Source: Candidatus Dojkabacteria bacterium
GTDB lineage: Bacteria; Patescibacteriota; Dojkabacteria; JAOAGR01
Length of the DNA: 64,000 nucleotides
Direction of reading: 5' to 3'
Assembly (NCBI GenBank): GCA_025999155.1
Contig: AP026679.1
Coordinates: 400,699 to 464,698, forward strand
Part shown: positions 58,140 to 64,000 of the stretch, in pieces
Layout of the letters: each line of letters begins with the position of its first letter
Position numbering within the stretch: the stretch's first letter is position 1
Program-made: the position numbers and the translations under genes
The notes under the pieces: generated by a model
Told to the model about the DNA's origin: nothing
The model's input: the letters and a program-made list of their open reading frames with translations, nothing else
Databases searched by the model: none

Positions 58140-58844
58140 ATGTCGATTGGTAATTTTGAATTTGAGGTTGTAGAGAACCAGTTAATAGTTGAGAAAATCC
58201 GTCTATTAAGAGTAAAGCCAAATATTCCAGTTGATTTTCAAGCAGGTCAGTATTTTTCTTTTAAAATAGCTGATAAAGTAAATAGATCTTATTCTGTTGC
58301 TTCTCCTCCTAATCGCCAAACTATAGAATTTCTTGTAGAGATAATAGAAGGTGGTTTAGGATCGACTTTCATTGATAATCTTAGAGTGGGGGATAAATTT
58401 GATGCCATTGGTCCTTTAGGTTTTTTTACTTTAGAAAAAACGGGTGCATTGGAAGATGATAATCCTATTATTTTTGTAGCTACAGGTAGTGGCATATCAC
58501 CAATTAGATCTATGTTATACGATTTATTGGAGAATAAAAAAACTTCTCGCGAGATATACTTATATTTTGGCTTAAGATATGATGAAAGAGCTTATTTTTT
58601 TGAAGAATTTGGTAATCTAGTATCAATCTATCCTAATTTGAAGTTTTATCCTGTTATTTCACGACCCAGTGCTAAATGGAATGGATTTGTTGGTTATTGT
58701 CAAGATGTAATTCGGCAACGCCCATTGATACATAATGCACGGATATATGTCTGTGGTAGCAATAAAAACGTCGAAAGTATTATAAATAATTTAGTTTCTT
58801 TTGGTTATGATAAAAATAAAATTTTTCATGAAAAGTTTGGTTGA
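58140..58844 (+). CDS. ferredoxin-NADP reductase-family FAD/NAD(P)-binding oxidoreductase
   Basis: It has the FAD motif 'RSYSVAS', 'GGLGSTFI' and the NAD motif 'FVATGSGISPIRSM'. Confidence 0.65.
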   Translation: MSIGNFEFEVVENQLIVEKIRLLRVKPNIPVDFQAGQYFSFKIADKVNRSYSVASPPNRQTIEFLVEIIEGGLGSTFIDNLRVGDKFDAIGPLGFFTLEKTGALEDDNPIIFVATGSGISPIRSMLYDLLENKKTSREIYLYFGLRYDERAYFFEEFGNLVSIYPNLKFYPVISRPSAKWNGFVGYCQDVIRQRPLIHNARIYVCGSNKNVESIINNLVSFGYDKNKIFHEKFG

Positions 58845-58857
58845 TGATTTAGTTTTG

Positions 58858-60669
58858 TTAAAGACGGGTTCGTCTGAGTGACAGTCGAATTTCCTCTCCT
58901 TTTCCCTGTGGTGCTGGTGGATCAACTTCTTCTCGGGCAACTGGTAAATCATTTTGAATTAACCATAGAGCAAAAGTATCTGCGATGTTGAGTTGATTAA
59001 GTACGATATAGTGTAACATAGCTTGTACAAATCGGTATTTTCCTATCTTGATAACATTCTCTATGTCCTCACCTAAGGTCCATTTACATCTTTGCCAGTG
59101 ATAAGTGATTTCATTTGGTGCTTTTTCGTCGAAGCCATTTTCTTTCCCATACAAAGAATGCATAAATCTATTTAGAGAATAACCTATAGGAGATACAATA
59201 GCATATTTTAACAACGGGTGCATATCTACAAACATCGTCCAGTCTGGGAGTGCTATGTTATATTGGTTTTCCGCTCTTTTCAGAACATACCTATCCGCGG
59301 GTGTGTAATGTGCGAGGAAGGGGAATTTTTTGAAACCCTGAGTAATAAGTTCTATAAATACAAAAAACTTCAACAAATTTTCCCGTATATCCCTATCACT
59401 AGTACTGTTCGCTGTAAACGTCATCACACGTAATTTCTTTCCTTTTTCTCCTAATTTATTTAGTAATGGGGCAAAAGTATTTTGAAAAATTCCGTGAGGG
59501 GACAGTGTTTGATAAAGTATCGGTAAAGCCATTTTGATCAATTTAAGTCGGTTTACCGTCGCACGCATTGTTTCAAGAGTATTCTTATCCAGTGGGGCAT
59601 GCCTTTGTTTGGTATTTTCGTATAAAATTGCTATGTTTTCGATAATAAAGTTATAAATAACCTGAAGATTTTTTTCTGGTTCGTATGCAATAGATGATAT
59701 TAGGTTTAATTGTCTAGTAATTCTGTGTAACTTCCTTAAATGTTTTTGATGTAGATGAGGGTCAAGATCTTCGTTATATGCGTCCTCAAGTTGTACTAAT
59801 ATGTATTCAAAATATTCTATAAGGGGAGCTCTGTAATTATGATCAAGGTCTTGAAAGTCCACCTTGTCTTTGTCAAGATTATGAGAAGCTATGGATGTTA
59901 TTGTTCGATGTATTTCGCTTATAAAATAGTTAAAAGAGAAAGTAGATGATGAAAGTTTACGTTGTTTTCCATTCTTTGATTGCGAGTCTATTTTATATGG
60001 TACATGTGAATCATTTACAGAGTCTTGTGAAGCATGCGATGAGTTTGATGTAATACCGTACACTTTCTCTAATTGTCCTAATAATACTTTTAATTTTTGT
60101 GATACATCGGTGATGCGACTACTAGGCATTTGCATACTGTTAATTTGAGTCAAATAGTTACTGCCAAGACTATGTATCTCCTTGATTTGGTGTTGGATTT
60201 GGGGGTGAATTGTTTTGTATACAGTCAAATAATTACCTACAATCTGTTCAAAACGTGATGCTAAGGCCTGTATTCTTTGGTCTAAAGGTTCACCTGATCC
60301 CAATGTAGATTCATGCAGTATACCTATATGATAAGGAGGTTGATTAGGTATAAATTCGGTGTCGAAAAATATTATTTCTATTTCATTAGGATCAATACCT
60401 TCTTCATTTGCTATTCGCTCGAGAGCTTCAAATGCGGATGTAACACTGTCTGTTTGTGTCGCAGCTTGTCCCAGAAATAATTCGGCATAATTTATTATCT
60501 GTTGTCCTCTATTTGGTCCTAAAATACTTTTAATCTTCTTTTGTCCTGAAGGTACGGCTTGGATGCCACCAATGCCTACACTTTCTAATCTTTCTGCTGT
60601 AGATTGCCCAACCGAATGAAGTACCGTTAGTGGTGTGTTGCTTTGCCTTGTTAGATTAAGACTGTGCAT
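58858..60669 (-). CDS. hypothetical protein (603 aa) with N-terminal HhH-like segment
   Basis: The N-terminal 'LTVLHSVGQSTAERLESVGIGG' looks helix-hairpin-helix-like. Nothing else is recognisable. Confidence 0.4.
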   Translation of the reverse strand: MHSLNLTRQSNTPLTVLHSVGQSTAERLESVGIGGIQAVPSGQKKIKSILGPNRGQQIINYAELFLGQAATQTDSVTSAFEALERIANEEGIDPNEIEIIFFDTEFIPNQPPYHIGILHESTLGSGEPLDQRIQALASRFEQIVGNYLTVYKTIHPQIQHQIKEIHSLGSNYLTQINSMQMPSSRITDVSQKLKVLLGQLEKVYGITSNSSHASQDSVNDSHVPYKIDSQSKNGKQRKLSSSTFSFNYFISEIHRTITSIASHNLDKDKVDFQDLDHNYRAPLIEYFEYILVQLEDAYNEDLDPHLHQKHLRKLHRITRQLNLISSIAYEPEKNLQVIYNFIIENIAILYENTKQRHAPLDKNTLETMRATVNRLKLIKMALPILYQTLSPHGIFQNTFAPLLNKLGEKGKKLRVMTFTANSTSDRDIRENLLKFFVFIELITQGFKKFPFLAHYTPADRYVLKRAENQYNIALPDWTMFVDMHPLLKYAIVSPIGYSLNRFMHSLYGKENGFDEKAPNEITYHWQRCKWTLGEDIENVIKIGKYRFVQAMLHYIVLNQLNIADTFALWLIQNDLPVAREEVDPPAPQGKGEEIRLSLRRTRL

Positions 60670-60804
60670 AACAGCAAACTTTCGTGAGGGATATATACCA
60701 ATAATATAATTATACTATATAGTAATACTATCGAAAAAGTACAACAGACTCTTATGTTTTCAACGAATCACGCAGAGTTATAATACTAAATGTAGGAGAC
60801 TGGT

Positions 60805-61092
60805 TTATCTAATATGGCTTCTTAGTGTTTCGGATAACTTGGGTTTGTGTACGTAATAATATACAGCGGACGCTATCACAGCCCAGACAAATCCCGGTAA
60901 AAAGAAACTTACCAACAAAATAGTGATCCACAAACCCCTGTCTTTGATATCATTTCTAAAGGCGTGGATGAGACATAGACACCAGAAAGCAAATATGCAA
61001 ATTACTACAATCAGTAGGATACAGACTACGGAACAAGATATTATAGGACCAATCTGTAAAAATAAATCTGCCGTATTTTGATATTCTGACAT
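60805..61092 (-). CDS. small membrane protein, PLD-nuclease N-terminal (PLDc_N)-like
   Basis: 'FRNDIKDRGLWITILLVSFFLPGFVWAVIASAVYYYV' matches the PLDc_N pattern F(R/K)xD...W.L.LLxxP..GxxxY. Confidence 0.35.
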   Translation of the reverse strand: MSEYQNTADLFLQIGPIISCSVVCILLIVVICIFAFWCLCLIHAFRNDIKDRGLWITILLVSFFLPGFVWAVIASAVYYYVHKPKLSETLRSHIR

Positions 61093-61105
61093 ACAAGTAA
61101 TTTAC

Positions 61106-62566
61106 TTAGAATTTATGATTATCTGTTCTATTACGAAAATTTTTTACAATAGAAATTAGATTTTCATCATCTCCTTTGTTGCCCATAATCTGCATACCTA
61201 TTGGCATACTATTTTCATCTTTTCCGGCAGGAAATGCTAGAGCTGGTATACCAGCAAGATTAGCAGTGACTGTATATACATCTTCTAAATACATTTCGAG
61301 AGGATTTGTAAGTGTACTGCCTATCTTTAATGCAGATGAAGGAGTTACTGGACTCAAAATAAAGTCTACATTAGTTAAAATATCTTGTAGGTAGTGAAGT
61401 ATATAATTTCGTATGATTTGGGCTTTTTTATAGTATGCATCCACATATCCTTCCGATAAAATAAACGCTCCTAAGAAAACTCTTTTTTTTGCTTCATTAG
61501 TAAACCCTTCTGTTCTAGATTTTGTGAATAGATCTTCCCAGCTATTTACACCAAAGCTAGCAAAATCATAATTAGAAATTTTTATTTTATTTGCTAAATG
61601 ACCATATCTTGTGCCATGATAACGAGCTAGATTTGTACTGGCTTCTGCCATTGCCGTTATGTAATATGTTGGGATGGTATAGTCAAATACAGGAAATTTT
61701 ACTTCTATAGCTTCATAACCTAAATCTGTGAACTGTTGCACTGTGTGTAAATAAAGATTTCTTGTATTTTCATTAATACCGTCAGGAACGAGATCTAGTG
61801 AAAAAGCAAATTTTTTTAGTAGTGGGCGTCTATTCTTATATTCTACGTATGTCATATCATATCCGTCACCACCCTCTAATATAGGGAAGAGTATTTCAAT
61901 ATCTTCTGGTGTTTTGGCAAAGGGTCCAACCGAATCCAATGATGATGCGTACGCTATGCATCCAAACCTTGAAATTCTACCATAAGTAGGTTTTAAACCG
62001 TAAACACCGCAAAAACTTGCAGGATTACGTATAGATCCTCCAGTATCTTCACCTATCGCAAATGCGCACATATCAAGAGCTAAAGCTGCAGCTGAACCTC
62101 CTGATGAGCCTCCCGCAACTCTAGTTTGATCAAATGGATTTTTAGTCACTCCATATGCTGAATTCTCCGTAGATCCTCCAAATCCCCATGAATCCATATT
62201 TGTTTTACCCAATAAAATAGCCCCTTCATCGAGTAGTTTTTTTACTACGGTTGCATCATATACACTATCCGTTTGTTCGAGGTATTTATCTCCAGCTGTG
62301 GTAGGAGTTCCTCTAGCTAAAAAAGAGTCTTTTATAGCAAAAGGTACACCAAGAAGTTTTTTCGTAGATCCCTGTTGACGCATTTCATCTGCTGCACGAG
62401 CTTCTTCTAAAATTTGATCTCTATTACGTACAAATATGTATGCGTTATAAATATGGTTTATTTTTTCAATTCTGTTTAAATAGAATTCACATAATTCAAC
62501 AGCAGTTAATTCTCCAGATTGATATTTGTCAAGAATTTTTTTTACACTTAAACCAATAAGCTCCAT
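61106..62566 (-). CDS. gatA: Glu-tRNA(Gln) amidotransferase subunit A (amidase signature family)
   Basis: The amidase signature 'GGSSGGSAAALA' and the Ser-cisSer-Lys context are present, with GatA-like termini. Confidence 0.85.
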   Translation of the reverse strand: MELIGLSVKKILDKYQSGELTAVELCEFYLNRIEKINHIYNAYIFVRNRDQILEEARAADEMRQQGSTKKLLGVPFAIKDSFLARGTPTTAGDKYLEQTDSVYDATVVKKLLDEGAILLGKTNMDSWGFGGSTENSAYGVTKNPFDQTRVAGGSSGGSAAALALDMCAFAIGEDTGGSIRNPASFCGVYGLKPTYGRISRFGCIAYASSLDSVGPFAKTPEDIEILFPILEGGDGYDMTYVEYKNRRPLLKKFAFSLDLVPDGINENTRNLYLHTVQQFTDLGYEAIEVKFPVFDYTIPTYYITAMAEASTNLARYHGTRYGHLANKIKISNYDFASFGVNSWEDLFTKSRTEGFTNEAKKRVFLGAFILSEGYVDAYYKKAQIIRNYILHYLQDILTNVDFILSPVTPSSALKIGSTLTNPLEMYLEDVYTVTANLAGIPALAFPAGKDENSMPIGMQIMGNKGDDENLISIVKNFRNRTDNHKF

Positions 62567-62617
62567 AAATTGATTTAGAGAATAAATATACTTACGCTTA
62601 TTGTAACATCGTTTTTA

Positions 62618-63994
62618 TCATTTAGATAGAATGTAAAACATTCCAAATATTAAAATTATAAAGCCTGAAATTATCGGTGATAAAAATTCTGCTTGTTTCC
62701 CAAATTTTTCATCGACTCGTATTTTTGTTTTCCCTTTAAGTATTAGGGATCCAAGTAATATGATGGAACTAGCAAGTCCTAAACTAAACGTAAACACAGT
62801 TATCAGTCCAAGATCAATACGCCCTAAACTCGTAAATGCGAATAATAATGATAATGCATCTATACAAGGTATCATTCCTCCAGATATGCCAGCATAAAAT
62901 AAACTCCATTTATTTGTAATATCAATTAATTTATTATTTTTTAAAATATTTCTAGAAGATTGAGCTTTCTTTCCGTACAGATATAAATATTTGTAATTTT
63001 TATATGCTTTATAACCATTATAAAAAAGGATTAAGCCTAGACCGATAAATAAAAACGCACTAATTCGTTCTATCATACTAATTACTACTTGTGCTTCTGA
63101 AGTACGATTCAAGAGTAATAACATAAAGCCTAGTATAAATATAACTAAAGTATGAGCTAATGTGACAGATAACCCTATTATCATAATATCATAGACGTTT
63201 GCGCCTTTTTTACTTACTAATACTGTAGCCATAATACTTTTTCCATGTCCTGGTGTTGCAGCGTGTAAAGCTCCTGCAATAAATGCAAAAAATAATGCAG
63301 GAAATAGCGCTAATGGATTACTAAAATCATAGTATCGAATATTGTTAATTAATTGCGTTGATAAGTTTCTGATATTATCCATTAAATTAATATTAGATAG
63401 TGAATTTTGTTCTTTTTCGTTTATATTATCTGTAAATTTAAACGTTGTTATATATGTACCAAATTCCAGATTCTCCTGAGGTGTTTCAATTTTTTGAAGT
63501 TTATTTCTTTCTGAAATATTGTCTTCATAAAGGATAGAGTCACCATAGAAGTCGTTTGGTAGATGTCTTTTACTATATACCGCGTGTACTGTGTTAATTT
63601 CCTGTATAGATGGATTTTGAGCTTTAAGATTTATCGAGATATAGTCATTCAAACTTCTAAAATCTCTTTTATTAATTGGTTCAGATGAGATATATTCGAA
63701 TCTTATATTTTGGTTATTAAGTTTTACTGATAAATAAGGTGCTATTGAATTTTCATAGTACAACCTCAATTCTTCATTGGTTGTAATGTTATCATTATTA
63801 GCGTCTATTTCAGGATATACTGCATCTATTACGGCGGGGTCTATTCTAAGACGATAATTTAGATATATTTCAGTATTTTTATAGTTAAATATTAATTCTG
63901 TGATCACTAATGGTTGAGGATGTGCTTTGATTTGATAAGTACTAAATAGGATTAGTATAGAAGTAAAGATACATGTGTAAATAAATTTAAGCAT
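62618..63994 (-). CDS. NicO/RcnA-like Ni/Co transporter-family membrane domain fused to ~230-aa N-terminal extracytoplasmic domain
   Basis: An N-terminal signal peptide and a large non-membrane domain are followed by a C-terminal TM domain with 'GALHAATPGHGKS' (compare NicO/RcnA 'HALEPGHGK'). Confidence 0.4.
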   Translation of the reverse strand: MLKFIYTCIFTSILILFSTYQIKAHPQPLVITELIFNYKNTEIYLNYRLRIDPAVIDAVYPEIDANNDNITTNEELRLYYENSIAPYLSVKLNNQNIRFEYISSEPINKRDFRSLNDYISINLKAQNPSIQEINTVHAVYSKRHLPNDFYGDSILYEDNISERNKLQKIETPQENLEFGTYITTFKFTDNINEKEQNSLSNINLMDNIRNLSTQLINNIRYYDFSNPLALFPALFFAFIAGALHAATPGHGKSIMATVLVSKKGANVYDIMIIGLSVTLAHTLVIFILGFMLLLLNRTSEAQVVISMIERISAFLFIGLGLILFYNGYKAYKNYKYLYLYGKKAQSSRNILKNNKLIDITNKWSLFYAGISGGMIPCIDALSLLFAFTSLGRIDLGLITVFTFSLGLASSIILLGSLILKGKTKIRVDEKFGKQAEFLSPIISGFIILIFGMFYILSK

Positions 63995-64000
63995 ATGATT

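Noticed and set aside
1-64000. Alternative genetic code (UGA recoding as in SR1/Gracilibacteria or Mollicutes)
   Set aside because: Long conserved genes (IF-2, Mfd, HsdR, PheT, RNase Y) are intact end to end under the standard code in the ORF track, so there is no evidence for in-frame UGA.

Overview
This is a 64-kb, AT-rich bacterial chromosomal window under the standard genetic code, with long intact ORFs, many small membrane proteins and shortened core proteins. That fits a reduced-genome bacterium, possibly CPR/Patescibacteria-like, which is an inference rather than a determination. The backbone is housekeeping: the C-terminal part of radA, lepB, an enolase homologue, ferredoxin, prepilin peptidase, mfd, pheST (with a probable Phe T-box leader), rpmF, nusB, infB, rny, M29/M20 peptidases, dnaN, a Mur-family ligase, ndk, gatA, and four tRNAs (Ser-CGA, Gly-CCC, Pro-UGG, Thr-CGU). 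Three accessory blocks sit within it. (1) A classical type I R-M operon on the minus strand, hsdM - GIY-YIG ORF - GC-rich tandem-repeat island - hsdS - hsdR - DUF45/M48-like hydrolase. (2) A tRNA-Pro-adjacent island carrying small TM/Cys-rich peptides and tandemly duplicated DUF4352 surface proteins. Next to it is a second, atypical two-gene type I-like system (nuclease-helicase R plus a fused MTase-2xTRD 'MS' protein), followed by Hsp20, a 617-aa orphan and a convergent transglutaminase-like/membrane gene pair. (3) A Fur-family regulator - CooC-like ATPase - CysK::rhodanese fusion cassette bracketed by two paralogous MFS transporters, with a pseudogenised 5' fragment of ndk marking the rearrangement. 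The rhodanese fusion is the best candidate in this window for an undescribed metal/sulfur system. Other unusual items are a Lon-like AAA+ module lacking both the N domain and the protease domain, a TsaC::TsaE fusion, a PheT with its tRNA-binding OB domain moved to the C-terminus, and an enolase homologue missing several canonical catalytic residues. All homology calls come from reading motifs by eye; no searches were run.
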